Source: Negaprion brevirostris (lineage: Eukaryota). From it: a stretch of 64,000 nt of DNA. Shown in pieces: positions 12,650 to 26,374 of this stretch; the stretch's first letter is position 1, and every line of letters starts with the position of its first letter. The DNA is taken from assembly GCA_030324005.1 (NCBI GenBank), contig JARDVH010000163.1:56917054-56981053 (forward strand), written 5' to 3'. The notes beneath the pieces are model-generated. The model was given only the letters and a program-made list of their open reading frames with translations. It ran no database searches and was not told where the DNA came from. The position numbers and the translations under genes are program-made.

Positions 12650-14032
12650 CCTATGTCAGACTCCCACTTATTGACTGCAGCTTAGCCTTCAACACCATTA
12701 TTCCAGAAATTCCATAGCCTGGTGCTCGGCTTCTCTCTGTGTGACTGCATCCTAGACTTCCTAACCCACAGACTGAAATCACTAAGGATAGACAACAACA
12801 CCTCCTTCACGAGCATCTTCAGAGGGGTGCCCCACAAGACTGTGCCCTCAGCTCCCTACTATACTCCTTATACACAAATTCTCCTCCAACTTGATTTTCA
12901 AGTTTGCTGATGACACCACTGTAGTGGATCAAACCTCAAACAATGATGAAAAGCAGTACAAGAATGAGATGGAGAATCTGGTGAACTGATGTGACGGCAA
13001 TAATCTTAATGTCAACAAAACAAAGGAAATAGTCATCAACTTTAGGAAACATAGTGGAGAACATGCCCGCCTACGTTAATGGGGACGAAGTAGAAAGGGT
13101 CAAAAGTTTTAAGTTTTTAGGTATCCAGATCACGAACAACCTGTGCTGGTCTCCTCATGCCAAAACTACAGTAAAGAAAGCCCAACAATGCCTCTACTTT
13201 CTCAGAAGGCTAAGGAAATTTGGCATATCAGCTACAATTCTCACCAATTTTTAAGGATGCACCGTAGAAAGCATTCTTTCTGGTTGTATCACATACAGCT
13301 TGGTATGACTCTTGTTCTGCCCAAGACCACAAGAAACTACAAAGGTTCATGAATGATGTTAGAGTTGAACCGATGATAACTTTGTATTGGTTGTAAAGTG
13401 ACCAATGGGAACAAGATCTAATGGTCAACTGACCCAGTAAACCATGGAACCAATTACAGAGTGATATAATATCAGCTGACCAGTTGATTCACTATAAGAA
13501 ACCATGTAAAATTGTAGAGTGCTTGGAATAGCCCAGGGTGAGACCCCAAGTTTGGAGTAATGATGTCTTTATTAAATCCATTCTTTGATTTATAAATTGG
13601 AGTAAGTTTTGTTGTATTTTCATATCTGCATTTTTGAAGAGTTCCTTCTGAAGAAACAAATGAAGCCCAGACCATCATGCAAACCAACCTCCCACCCATT
13701 GACTCTGTTTACATTTCCCTCTATCTCGGAAAAACAACCAGCATCATTAAGGACACCACTCACCCACTCTTTTCCACCTTCTTCCGTCAGGAAAAAGATA
13801 CAAAAGTCTGAGTTCATGTACCAACCGACTCAAGAACAGCTTCTGCCCTGATGCCATCAGGCTTTTGACTGGACCTACCTTGCACTAAATTGATCTTCCT
13901 CTACACCCTAGCTATGACTGTAACATTACATTCTCCACTCTCTCGTTTCCTTCTCTATGAATGGTAATGCTTTGTCTGTATAGCGCACAAGAAACAATAC
14001 GTTTCACTATATATGTGACAATACATCAAATC
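12650..14032 (+). mobile_element. Rex1/Babar-clade LINE, 5'-truncated, split by a solo LTR
   Basis: AFNTIIP, ILDFLT, FADDTTVVD, VERVKSFKFLGIQITNNL, KKAQQCLYFLRRLRKFG; 3' tail TGTGACAATACATCAAATCA. Confidence 0.85.
13357..13658 (-). mobile_element. Solo LTR (302 bp, TGTT...AACA) with 5-bp TSD AATGA
   Basis: AATGA at 13352-13356 and 13659-13663; removing the insert restores contiguous Rex1 sequence. Minus-strand TATAAA (about 13589-13594) is followed by AATAAA (13568-13573). Confidence 0.8.
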
Positions 14033-15159
14033 ACCCTGGCAATTTGTTTAAGGTGTTTTCATTTTCTAAATTTTCTATCCCTTCCTGCTGGTGGGATGAT
14101 CCGGCCCTGCTGATGGTGACATTCTCCAGTGGCGGAGGGTGCGGAGAATGCAAAACCCCATAGACATTGGCGGGTCTGGTGAGCCCACCACCAGCCAATG
14201 ATGGGCTACCTCCACTACTGGAAAATATGCTCCTTATGGAGAGGGAGGTGAACGAGAGGGTGAACAATCTGATTTCACCGTGCATTTCTGGTGTGTACTA
14301 TAAGTCTTGGCTACTTGGCCAAGTGAAAACTGGGACACAGGAAGGTGAGTTTCACCTCATTGAACAATCTGCAAGATAAAAATCTACAGGAGCAAGTGAG
14401 GTAACTCATACAAATTTCCTTAATCTTTGTTGACTGCACAGAAGTAAATGGAAAACTCATTTGAATGAAAAATCTCTCCAGGCTCAGAAAATACCAAACC
14501 TTGAAAGGAAAGCTCTGCTAATTCATCATCTGAACTCTTAGCTCATGTTATTGTCTTTTAGTGCAACAAGAGATAACAGTTCTGATTTATTTCATACAAT
14601 CACACAGTGCAACAAATTTATTACTCTCTCTGTATGTGATGAACCTATTCTACCTGACTTCCAAAAATTCCCTGTGTAACAGAGCTGGAATGCATTTGGA
14701 CTTTATTTAAAGACAGCCACATTAAAAAGATGTTCAGCAATTAGTACACAATATTCTGAAACAGTCATGCAACAGGGAACCAGGGGACTGCATTGTTTCT
14801 CTATAACAGATGTAGAACCCACGTGAACATCGTTGGCTGTAGAATCTTTGACACGATTTTGATTCATACACCTCCACATCACGCATTTTGAAAAATTGAA
14901 CCAAAGGACACAAACTTCCCAAAGTCACCCTGTTAAACACTTCAAATGTTTACTTAGTTAACTTCCCTCTGATTCACAAGCTTTTTTCTCTAATGGATAC
15001 AATAGGCAGAACTTAATGCTCCTAAGAGAGGGTGTACAATGGGGCAGGAAGAATAGGGTGGAGACCAGAGCAGGAAGGTCATGGACAATCTTCCCACGCA
15101 GAGTTTTCAATCTGCGGCCTTACGGGGGACTGGGTCTCTTCATCTTGGACATCCTGTGC

Positions 15160-15440
15160 CAGCCCAGTTGCACAGTGGTTAGCACAGCTGCCTCATAGAG
15201 CCAGGGACCCAAGTTTGATTCTGGCTTTGAATGACTATTTGTGTGGCATTTGCGCATTCTCCCCATGGCTACATGGATTTCCTCCAGTTTCCTCCTACAA
15301 TCCAAAGATGTGCAGGTTTGGTGGATTCGCCATGCTAAAATGCCCCATAGTGTCAGGGGGATTAGCAAGATAAATACATGGGGTTACAGAGATAGGGCCT
15401 GGGATCATTGTCAGTGCAGGTTCAATGTGCCAAATGTGTA
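15160..15440 (+). mobile_element. HE1-type tRNA-derived V-SINE, nested in a palindromic element (about 15005-15865)
   Basis: A box CACAGTGGTTAGCAC, B-box-like GTTTGATTC, V-domain core TGTGTGGCATTTGCGCATTCTCCCC. Confidence 0.85.
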
Positions 15441-15896
15441 ACGTAGGATTAAATGAAAAGGAGCATCCACCAGAGGGGAACCTTCAGGAAGTCACCCCTT
15501 GCCCCTCACCAGGGCCTCCCTGACTAGCCTCACTGATTCCAGCCAGTCACCTTTGTCCAATGATGACCCTCACCCTCGGGCCTACTGCAGTATCAGCTAG
15601 AGCCATCGCTCCCAGAGGTGTTGCCAATACTTTAGATTTGCTGATCTCTGGTTAGCTGGCAGCTTTCTGAGGCGGGAAATCTGTTCCGCACCTGAAAGCC
15701 TGGAGGGAAATTGCCTCCAGTAGATGCAGGAACCCTGAGGGCAGCCAGCAGTCTACCTAACTGGGAGTTACTCCCAAACGAACTCCTGAAAACAGTAATG
15801 GCAGGTTTACCACCAGCTGTCCAGCCAGTAGACAGGCTCACCAGAGTGGCAATTAAATTCCCTCCAGTATTTGAAGGCAAAAAAATGGGGACCATT

Positions 15897-18590
15897 CACA
15901 AAACAAGAATGGAAAATGCTGGAAAATCTCAGTAGTTCTGACAGCATCTGTGGAGAGAGAACAGTGCCAACGTCTTGAGTCCATGCATCCCTTCATCAGA
16001 GCTAAGAGTGAAGAAAATCAGCAGACATTTATATTATGGGGGGGGGGGCTGCGGGGGCAGGTGCAATGGGACAAAGGGAATGTAAATGAGGATGAAAAAG
16101 GTGCTAAATGCGTCTATTAAGTGATCAGAATGTGTGAATGGCAGAACAGAGATACAGATGGTCAAGGGACTGCCTGAAGATTATGGCAGTTGCCCTGAAA
16201 GCGTGGGGTGAGTGGGGAGTGGAGGCAAGAAGGAGAGCTGGAATAGAGAAGTGGTAAAATAAAAGTGAGAAAGAAAGATGATAAAAATGGATGAATGGGA
16301 TGAAAAGAAAAAACTGAAGTGAAAGAAAATAAATGGAAATGGGGTAACGGTGAAGGGGAGAGTTCATGCTCTGAAGGTGTTGAACTCAATGTTCAGTCAG
16401 GAAGGCTGTAAAGTGCCCAATCGGAAGATGAGGTGCTGTTCCTCCAGTTTGTGTTGGGGTTTGCTAGATCATTGCAAAAGACCAAGGATGGACATGTGGA
16501 TAAAGAGCAAAGTATTGTGTTGAACTGGCAAGCAACAGGAAGGTCTAGTCCTGTTTGCAGATGGACAGAAGGTGTTCAGCAAACCAGTCACCCAGTCTGT
16601 GTTTGGTCTCTTCTTCATAGAGTAGACCACACTGGGAGCAGTGAAGCAATAGACTAGATTGAAGGAGGTGTATGTGAAGTACTGCTTCACCTGAAGAGGG
16701 AATTTAGGACTTGGGATGGTGAGCAAGGGCGACGTAAAGGGGCAAGTGTTGTGTCTTCTACAATTGCATAGGAAGATGCCATAGGCAGGAGGTGAGGTGT
16801 TAGGTGTGATGGAGGAGTGGGTCAGGGTATCCCAGAGAGAATGGTCCCTGCGGAATGCTGACAGGGGGAGTGAGGGGAAGATACGTTGAGTAGTGGCATC
16901 ATGCTGGAGTTGGCAGATCCTTTGAATGCAGAGGCTGATATGAAAAGTGAGGACAAGGGGGGCCTATCCTGGCTCAGGGAGGGAGAGGAGGGGGCGAGAG
17001 CAGTGACCTGTGGGCAAGAGACCTGTCAACCACAATTGTAGAAAAAGGATGACATATCAGCACTGTTATTTTGGAAAGTGGCTTTATTAGGACAGATGTG
17101 GTGGAGGCGAGTGGAATGCAGACCTCACAGGATGTGGGGTGGGAAGAGCTGTTGTCAAAGTAGTTGTGGGAGTCAGTGGGCTTGTAATGGAGACTAGTGG
17201 ACAATTTATCACCAGAAATGGAGACAGACAGGTCAAGAGAAGTGTCAGAGATGGACCATGTGAAGGTGATAGAGGGGTGAAAATTGGAAGTAAAATTGAT
17301 AAATTTTTCCAGATCCCAGATAAGAGCATGAAGTGGCATCAAAATAGTTGTCAATGTAGTAGATAAAGGAGTTGTGGGAGGGGGTCAGATTAGGACTGGA
17401 GCAGAGAATACTCCACATGACCCATAAAGATACAAGCATAACTGGGACTCATGCGGGTGCCCATAACCACATCTTTTATGTGGAGGAAGTGCGATGAGTT
17501 AAAGGAGAAATTGTTCAGCCAGATGGAGGAGAGAGTGGTGATGGATGGGGATTTTTCAATCTTCTGAGGAAGAAGCGAAAAGCTGTGAGGCCAGCCTGGT
17601 GGGGAACAGAGGTGTAGAGGGATTGGGCACCCATAGTGAGGAAGCGGAGCTTTGGGTCAGGGAACTGAAACTTATTGACATGGTGTAGGGCATCTGTGAA
17701 AGTATCACAGATGGAGGTGGAAAAGGACTGGACAAGAGGAGATAGAATAGAGTCAAGATAGGAGGAAATTAGTTCAGTGATGCAGGAACAGGCTGATATG
17801 GGGCAGTCTTGTTTGTGGATTATGGGAAAGGGAAAGGGATAAATGAATGCTCTCCAGAGTTGGGAGACGATGAGGTTGGAAGCATTGGAGGGAAAATCTC
17901 TGGAGGAGATGAGGTCATTGACAGTTTTGGAAACAGTGACTTGATGTTCGATGGTCAGGCCGTAGTCTGGGGGAGGTAGGAGGAAGCTTCCGAGAGTTGG
18001 TGCTCAGCCTCTGCGAAGTAGAGGTCCATACACCAGACAACAGCATCGCCCTTGTCGGCGGTTTTGATATCAAGGTCAGGGTTGAACCTAAGAGAGCAAA
18101 GTACAGCAAGTTCAGAAGGAGACAAGTTAGTGTGGATGAGAGCAGCAGAAAAATTGAGATGCCCGATGTCATGCTGACAGTTCTCGATGAAAAGATCAAG
18201 AACAGGTAAGAGGCCAGAGGGAAGAGTCCCAGTGGAGGGAGAATGCTGGAGGTGGGTGAAAGGATCTGTTGAATAGGGGAAGACTCTTGTTCAAAGAAGT
18301 GATCACAGAGACAAAGGGAGAAGAGTGGGGCATCATGTTGAGCCTGAACTCGTCGAGGTGAGAGCACAAGGGTGCAAAACCAAGTACTTTGCTGACTACA
18401 GCATGTTCAGCTTTAGAGAGGGGAAGCTCAGAGAGTAAGGTGAATAACTAGCAAGGGCTGGGGTTCAGAGGGATGGATTCAAGGGACAGTAGGAGATAGA
18501 GGGAACTGGATGGGTGTTGGTATCAATGAATTGCTGGAGCTTGTGTTGCTCAACACCTGAAAAGGAAAAGATTTTTTGTTAATACGTCGG
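15897..18590 (-). mobile_element. Penelope-like element family B, about 2.7 kb, frameshifted RT + GIY-YIG
   Basis: Minus-strand frames give SNFHPSITFTWSISDTSL..HYKPTDSHNY (RT), FTYTSFNLVYCF (GIY-YIG start) and IKPPTRA-like RT N-terminus. The terminus has a degenerate hammerhead box (CTGATGA) near 15990-16000. Confidence 0.85.
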
Positions 18591-18984
18591 ATCAGGGACC
18601 ATTGACTTTCTGGTTGTTTCTGACCTTTCATAATCGATTATGCTACATGCTTCCCACTTTACAATGTTTCTTTCTTTCATCTATTAGGGCCCTTGCAAAT
18701 GGCTTAAAATGAGAATACATTTCAGTGAAGGAAGAATAAAATGAATCATTAAAAAAAAGAGTGAATGAGAGAAAAGCCCAAAGTTAGCCTTTGTCCAGGA
18801 GTCAAATTCTTGAAAGAGATATCAACTTGGGAGAAAACTGTATCATTGGAGTAGACTTTCAATACCTGGACAGTTTCTACAGTGTAGAAACTATCAGCAG
18901 CTTATTTTGCATACAAGCAATGCAGTTTTTTATTATATATTGCATTTCTGCCTAATTTATGTAAGTAATCCCTTCAACAGCATA

Positions 18985-19110
18985 TGATGTGGAGATGATG
19001 GTGTTAGACTGGGGTGGGCACAGTGAGAAGTCTCACTACACCAGGTTAATGACCAACAGGTTCATTTGGTAGCACAAGATTTCCAAGCGCTGCCCTTTCC
19101 TCAGGTCAGT
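18985..19110 (-). mobile_element. Penelope-like family A terminal fragment
   Basis: Matches 4870-4990; hammerhead core mutated. Confidence 0.75.
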
Positions 19111-20418
19111 GACAGCATCGGAATTAAGACTGCAGTTCAGAATTCCTCTATAATGCTATCTTTTCATAAGATTTGATCTCGATATTAGATACATACTCAA
19201 ATTCGAGAATCTCTTTGTAATACAAATCTAGAGTGAACTGACGATTTTATTCTTCACTCATACCAAATTTCTCTTTCCAAAATTGTCTCAAACCAACTTT
19301 CCTGCATGATACAAATTGTGGCACATCCTGCAGATGCAAAGCTCCAAGTTGGATCATGCACATTCAAACTCATCCAAAAGTCATTACTTAAAAGTATCCA
19401 AGGTACCCTACAATAAGCATAAGGCCACAAGAGATTTATAGCTGGAGTTGCCTCCACCACAAATTAACAAGCCACAGAAGATCAGAACTGCTCATCTTGT
19501 GAAACCTTGGCTTCTTTAAGTTTGCAGTCAGCCTAAAACTCAGTGAAATAAATGGTTAAAATTACTTTCTTTGTGAATCACCAGCCAATGTCTTGGGTAA
19601 CAATCTCTACAAACCAGGACATCACACCATATACTCGAAGGCATAGCAGAACATGCCTTCTGCATTCCAACAATGCACACATCCTATTAAATTCTCATTA
19701 AACATTCTACAGTATCACATTCACTGAACATCAAGGGAATTTGTTTTCACAATAACAAGAATTTTGAGCACTCAATGCAACTTAATTATTTTTGTCTCAG
19801 GAGCCTCAACAGGTCAAAACTTTGATTGCAGACTTAAAAGAAGTGCTCTGAACTTCAAGAGACACAGGCTTCTTCAAGAGATCATTACCACATGAAGCAA
19901 ACAGTCTGGCCCTTCACCATCGCTTCTAGTTATTCATGGCTGTATTTTCTACCTTCCATCTTCAACACAGACCCACCATTACGTCCACCTTTAATGGGCA
20001 TTTCAGACTGGACAGCTTTGATCTAAGCAACTTTTATGTTCAAGAACAAAGAGCTTCATATTTGTCTTTTGTTTAAGTGTTCTTTCCTGGATCCACAGAG
20101 CTGACTCCCAAAGATGCTCCCAATTTGTTCAGATGTCTGTACGTGGTGTCCCTTTTCTCAATTCTGTTGGTTATTTGGATATCATTGGAGTTTGCAGAAA
20201 CCACCATGTTTTAATTCTGATCCAGGTATTGGAAATTCAGCACAGCTCAGAAACAGGGGACAAGAAAAGACTTGTGATAAAATCACAAAATATATATCTT
20301 CACCTTTAAAAGGTGACTGACCTTTGTTCTATGAGGAATGGAGCACAAGACCAGGAATAGGACACGTCAGCCTTTGAGACTGCTCTAGCATTCAATTAGA
20401 TCATGGCCAATCTGTACA

Positions 20419-22356
20419 CTCAGTAAGAAGTCTCATAACACCAAAGTTAAGGTCCAACAGGTTTATTTGGTAGCAAAATCCAATAGCTTTCGGAGCGCTG
20501 CCCCTTCTTCAAGTAAGTGGGAGATCTATTCACAAACAGGGCATATAAAGACACAAACTCAATTTACAAAATAGTGATTGGAATGCAAGTCTTTACAGGT
20601 CATCAAGTCTTAAAGGTACAGACAATGTGAGTAGAGGGAGTGTTAAGCACAGGTTAAAGAGATGTGTATTGTCTCCAGACATGGCAGTTAGTGAGGTTTT
20701 GCAAGCCCAGGCAAGTTGTGGAGGTTACAGGTAGTGTGACATGAACCCAAGATCCCGGTTGAGGTCGTCCTCATGTGTGCGGAACTTGGCTATCAGTCTC
20801 TGTTCAGCAACTCTTCGTTGTCGTGTGTCGTGAAGGCCGCCTTGGAGGAAGTTTATTGTGTCACCCTCTGTGCTCTCATCCCACGTACTCCCTGCATTGG
20901 AGATCTCTACTGCCTCCCAAAGCTACACAAGGCAAACACTCGCAGCCAACCCATTGTATCGGCAATGGGACCCTGTGCAAGAACCTCTCCGGCTACATCG
21001 AGGGCATCCTGAAACCCACTGTACAAAGAACCCCCAGCTTTTGTCTTGACGCTGTGGACGTCCTACAGAAACTCAGCACACACGGAGCAGTTGAACCAGG
21101 AGCACTCCTCATCACAATGGATGTCTCAGCACTCTACACCAGCATCCCCCACGACGATGGCATTGCTGCAACTGCCTCAGAACTCAACGCCGACAACTGC
21201 CAGTTTCCGGATGCAATTTTACAAGTCATCCGCTTCATCCTGGGCTACAATGCGTTCACCTTCAACAATCAGTTCTTCATCCAGACACACAGAACCACCA
21301 CAGAGACAAAATTCACATCTCAATATGCCAACATCTTCATGCACATGTTTGCACAACACTTCTTCACAGCGCAGGACCTTCAACCGATGCTAAGCACAAG
21401 ATACATCGATGACATTTTCTTCCTTTGGATTCATAGTGAACAATCACTGAAACAACTATATGATGACATCATATAGTTCCATCCCACCATCAGACTCACC
21501 ATGGACTACTCTCCAGAATCAGTTGCATTCTTGGACACATGCATCTCCATTAAGGACGGTCATCTCAGCATCTCACAGTACCACAAGCCCATGGATAACC
21601 TCACGATGCTCCACTTCTCCAGCTTCCACTCCACTTCTCCAGCTTCCACCCTGAACACGTTAAAGAAGCCATCCCCTACGGACAAGCCCTACGTATACAC
21701 AGGATCTGCTCAGATGAGGAGGATCACAACAGACACCTCCAGATGCTGAAAGATGCCCTCATAAGAACAGGATATGGCGCTCAACTCATCGATCGGTAGT
21801 TTCAACATGCCACAGCGAAAAACCGCTCCGATCTCCTCAGAAGACAAACACGGGACACGGTGGACAGAGTACCCTTCGTCGTCCAGTACTTCCCCGGAGC
21901 GGAGNNNNNNNNNNNNNNNNNNNNNNNNNNNNNNNNNNNNNNNNNNNNNNNNNNNNNNNNNNNNNNNNNNNNNNNNNNNNNNNNNNNNNNNNNNNNNNNN
22001 NNNNTCACACTATCTGTAACCCCCATGACTTGCCTGAGCTTGCAAAATCTCACTAACTGTCCTGGCTGGAGACAATACACATCTCTTTAACCTGTGCTTA
22101 ATGCTCTCTCTATTCACATTGTCTGTACCTTTAAGACTTGCTTACCTGGAAAGACTTGCATTCCAATCATTATTTTGTAAATTGGGTTTGTTCCTTTATA
22201 TACCCTGTTTGTGAACTGAAATCCCACTCACCTGACGGAGGGGCAGCGCTCCGAAAGCTAGTGGCTTTTGCTACCATATAAACCTGTTGGACTTTAACCT
22301 GGTGTTGTGGGACTTCTTACTGTGTTTACCCCAGTCCAACAATGGTATCTCCACAT
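20419..22356 (+). mobile_element. Penelope-like family A with RT and inverted terminal repeat, 11-bp TSD
   Basis: RT motifs LITMDVSALYTSIPH, YANIFM, RYIDDIFFLW, FLDT (20870-21900). 20419-20850 is an inverted copy of the 3' end (22005-22325). CAATCTGTACA at 20408-20418 and 22357-22367. Frameshifted, with a tandem duplication at about 21610-21650 and a gap at 21905-22004. Confidence 0.9.
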
Positions 22357-22538
22357 CAATCTGTACATTAACAGTGTGTACACCCTTTGCTCTCACTGCC
22401 TAACAAAATTCCACCAAGACAGTTTTTTACCTCCACTATTGGCACTAAACTTCTTGATGAGGTTGAGGAAGGAATAATGAGTTCCAGATTTCTCCTTACT
22501 CTAGACTCTACCATGAGAAAAATAAATTCCTTCTAGCA

Positions 22539-22851
22539 GGCACAGCGGTTAGCACTGCTGCCTCTCAGCACCAGGGATCCGAGTTCAATTGCGGCCTCCA
22601 GCGACAGTGCAGAGGTTGCACAATTGGAGTTCACTCCATGTCTGCATGGGTTTTTTCTGGTTGCTCTGCTTTCATCCCACAGTCCAAGGACTTGGAGGTG
22701 AGATTGATTGCCAATGCTGAATTGCCCCTTAAGTGTCAGAGAGATTAGCTGAGTAAATACAAGGGGTTACTGGATAGGGCCTGGGTAGAATTGTTGTCAG
22801 TGCAGGCTTGATGAACCAAATGGCCTCTTTCTGCACTGTAAGGGTTCTATG
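22539..22851 (+). mobile_element. HE1-type V-SINE with CR1-like tail
   Basis: tRNA-like head; tail GGCCTCTTTCTGCACTGTAAGGGTTCTATG. Confidence 0.85.
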
Positions 22852-23567
22852 AGCTACTCTATCAAATCCTTTAATCATCTTGAATCTTCAATCAGATCTC
22901 AAACTAATTTACTCAAAAAGAAAAGTAAATTTCCACATCTGTTTTCAGTGAGCAGGAACAACAGTGGGTGCAAGAATCGAGCGAAAGACCCAAAAAAGCA
23001 TTTTGCCAGAAGGATTTCCCCACTCGATTATCCTTGCATCCTCAACCCCTTGGCTTTAAAAGTTGGGATTACCATTTACATCAAAGTGATTTGGCAAGAG
23101 AGTCCCCTTCAAGCCAGACTGTCCATTCACCTCAGTGAAATCACGATATGTTCACACTATGTTGTGCAACCCACCAGAGAGACACAGATGAGTACAGCCC
23201 CTGGGACAAGAGTGTGCAGGGAGGGGTTGTAGGAAGAGGGTCATGCCAGGCAGTGCCCCAAGGGATGGGAGGTGTATGGGGGTGGTTCCATGGGGTGTCT
23301 ATGTTCTTAATTCTTTTTAAAATCAGGGCACCATTTTTAAAGGGTGCCTCATCTTTAACAAAATAAAAAGACAAACACCTTCATGAGAACCTCCCCACTT
23401 TTAAATGGCATTACAATTTTTCAAAAGTAAAGTTGCTGGCGGAGCTCACCCAGACAGTAGTGCTTTGTGGGATCTGCCACTTCCATTTTTTTAATTCCAT
23501 TTTTAAGTGTTTAAAAATATGGCTGAAAAACCCAGCAAGGCAGCTGGCTATTCACAATCTATGCTGA

Positions 23568-24453
23568 TGTTATCTGTGAGGGTGTCCGAACATGAGACAC
23601 CGGTTCATGGTGGTGTATATTATTGTTTTTGAAACGATGTGAGGAGTCAAGTGAAACCACTCATGAGAATAAGCAATCCAGTTGTAGTGTACCAACTACT
23701 AAAGGTTGTTTATTAAATGAAAGAAGAGATAAAAGATACACAACAGGACTATAATTCTATAAATCACACAAATGCCGGAGTAATACACACACATTTTTAT
23801 CTAGAAACTACCCCTGTTCCAAACTATATTTATGATACTTGAACTCAGTAAAACTGCCCTGTTCCCTAAACAATATCTACCTGAAACAAATCTGAAAGTT
23901 AAATGCAGCCTATAGTTACCACACAATACTAGGAGGATAATTGGCCTTTGCCTGGCTCAACAAAAATATTTAAACAACTTTTATGAAGATTTCTGCATTA
24001 ACTTAACTGTAAGACTTTAAAAAGGATCTCTTCTGTTGATTGGCTTGCTGTTAAATGTTACCTGAGCCTTGCAGTGAGATGTTAATTTGGCCTGTTTGCT
24101 TCTGCAGAATTTGACTCTCTGATTCTGCTAACCATAAACTGGGCCACCCCTGTCTCTCCTGCATTCCTGACTCTTTAAAATTAACATCTGTATACGTCCC
24201 TTAATTTCTCAGTCATCTCAGTAAACTGTTCCCTGATAATAGAGCTATTTACATCTGATCTTATCTCGATGTCTGCTAATCTCATTACTGGGAAAAGGAA
24301 GGATCTCAATCAGCCCCCTTGAATGTGGGCTGCTAACAGATTCTTCCCTGTTGATGGGTAGATTGTATTCCGTCATTCCCTTTATTAATTCTGGGTCTTG
24401 TTGTCACCAGGCAAATCCATGACATCTTTGCTTCTCCCACCCGAGACATAACG
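23568..24453 (-). mobile_element. Possible decayed LTR
   Basis: Begins TGTTAT and ends ATAACG, with minus-strand AATAAA near 23710. No TSD found. Confidence 0.25.
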
Positions 24454-24786
24454 TTAGAAAAGAAATTACAGAATTTTGCCTTAAGACTTCTTTTTGAAAA
24501 AAAAATCCTCTTCTCGGGTAATTCAAGCCATTTAAGATGCAGAATAAATGCTGGCCAAACCAATGATGTCTACATCACATGAATTTTCTTTTTAAAAAAT
24601 GAGTCTAGTTATCATAGATGTATCCTTCTTGAGATTTGTCAAATATCATCAGATTCAGGGGATTGTTCATACACAGTAGAGACATATAATTTCTGCAGGA
24701 ATTCCCCTGATCCTCACTGGAACTTCAGCAGAGAATCCATAGTAACACATGTTTCTGTTGTATAGAACTGTGGTAAAATCAATTAT

Positions 24787-25105
24787 AGAATCCCTGCAGT
24801 GCAGAAGGAGGCCATTCAGCTTATCAAGTCTGCACTGACTCTCTAAAAGAGAGCATCTTAACCAGGCCCACCACCTCCACACCTCCCCACAACACCCTCC
24901 GCTCCCCCCTCCACCATTGCCCTGTCCCAGTAGCCCCATACATTTACCACAGCTAATCCACCTAACTTGCAAATCTTTGGACAGTAGGAGGAAACCCATG
25001 CAGATACGGGGAGAATGTGCAAACTGCACAGTCAGACAGACAGTCATCCAAGGCCAGAATTGAACTCAGGTCTCTGGAACTATAAGGCAACAGTGCTAGC
25101 CACAT
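24787..25105 (-). mobile_element. HE1-type V-SINE
   Basis: Reverse complement of the SINE head, core and tail. Confidence 0.85.
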
Positions 25106-26374
25106 GGTGAGATCCCATCTGAAGAATAGGGCTCAGGACCTGGGTACCACACCTCAAGATGGATACAAGCAGATGTGGCACAGATTCACAAGAAGGCTCC
25201 CAATGCTTAAAATTAAGTCATGAGGAATGCTTACAGGAACTTGACTTGTATTTCTGATCAAGATATTTAATTATTCAATAGATTAGCAACAAAAAGGAAA
25301 CAATTCTGGGGAGTCAGCTTGCTCCAGAACCTCAAACTCCCCATCCATCAGAAAAGGCTCCATGGGATCCCATGTTGATGGTACCATCCATACATCCCAG
25401 TGTGTCAAAATGGGCTGTGTGATCATGACTATTCTTGTTTCTTTTCACCTTGGTTTATTTAGTCTTTTTCTGAGTAGGCATAATAGGACTAAACCTTTGG
25501 TAGGCAGGTTGTGTATGATGCCACCAATGCCAAATTTGCATCCCATGTTTGCTTAACCCCCGTTATCCCATTTAAACCAGAATCCAATTGCTCTTTCATA
25601 CTTATACAAGTTGGTCATCCAGGTGTTTAATTAGCATTCGACACAAAAAAAACAAAAAGTGGAGGGAATGGCTTATTAAATGTAGGAGAGCCTGTTGGAT
25701 GGGGATTGGCTGGTATTGATGGAGCACAAGACTAAACACGAAAGGACATAGCAATCTATTGATTGTAGTCCTGGACAAGGAAACAGAGGTTACAAGTTCA
25801 AATAGAACAATGATAAGTTACATAATTCTAGACTGGTGTCAGGAAATGATGTTAAAACCAATAGGTTCATTAGTATTCCGCAAGGAAGTGTAGTTGCAAA
25901 CCCTACCTCTTCTGGTATCTACTTAACTTCGTATGGCTCCATATAATGTTATCGACGTTTAATGCCCTCAGGGCATGAGAGATGGGTAACATCAACTTCC
26001 TTGCCATTCTTTTTGGCAAATCAAATAAACTAAATCAAATAAATTAAATCAAAAAAACTGAAGGANNNNNNNNNNNNNNNNNNNNNNNNNNNNNNNNNNN
26101 NNNNNNNNNNNNNNNNNNNNNNNNNNNNNNNNNNNNNNNNNNNNNNNNNNNNNNNNNNNNNNNNNTAAACTAAATCAAATAAATTAAATCAAACAAACTG
26201 AAGGAACTACTTCCTTGCCAGAGGCATCATATTTCAAGAATAAATAAAGAATTACAAAGCTGATAGATTCAAAGAATAAAGCATAAACTTATCCTGGAAA
26301 ATAAACTAACATATTAGCATGCTTTGTGCTAAGGTTTTCATAGAAATCTGCTTATTAGATTTTCTTTTCAGTTA

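Noticed and set aside
19250-20000. Apparently unique, coding-like sequence
   Set aside because: No sustained ORF; most likely a very old LINE remnant that I cannot classify.
20775-21476. 233-aa RT ORF, and the 332-aa ORF at 33842-34840, as host genes
   Set aside because: These are frameshifted Penelope-like RT fragments, chimeric with flanking repeat or gap sequence.
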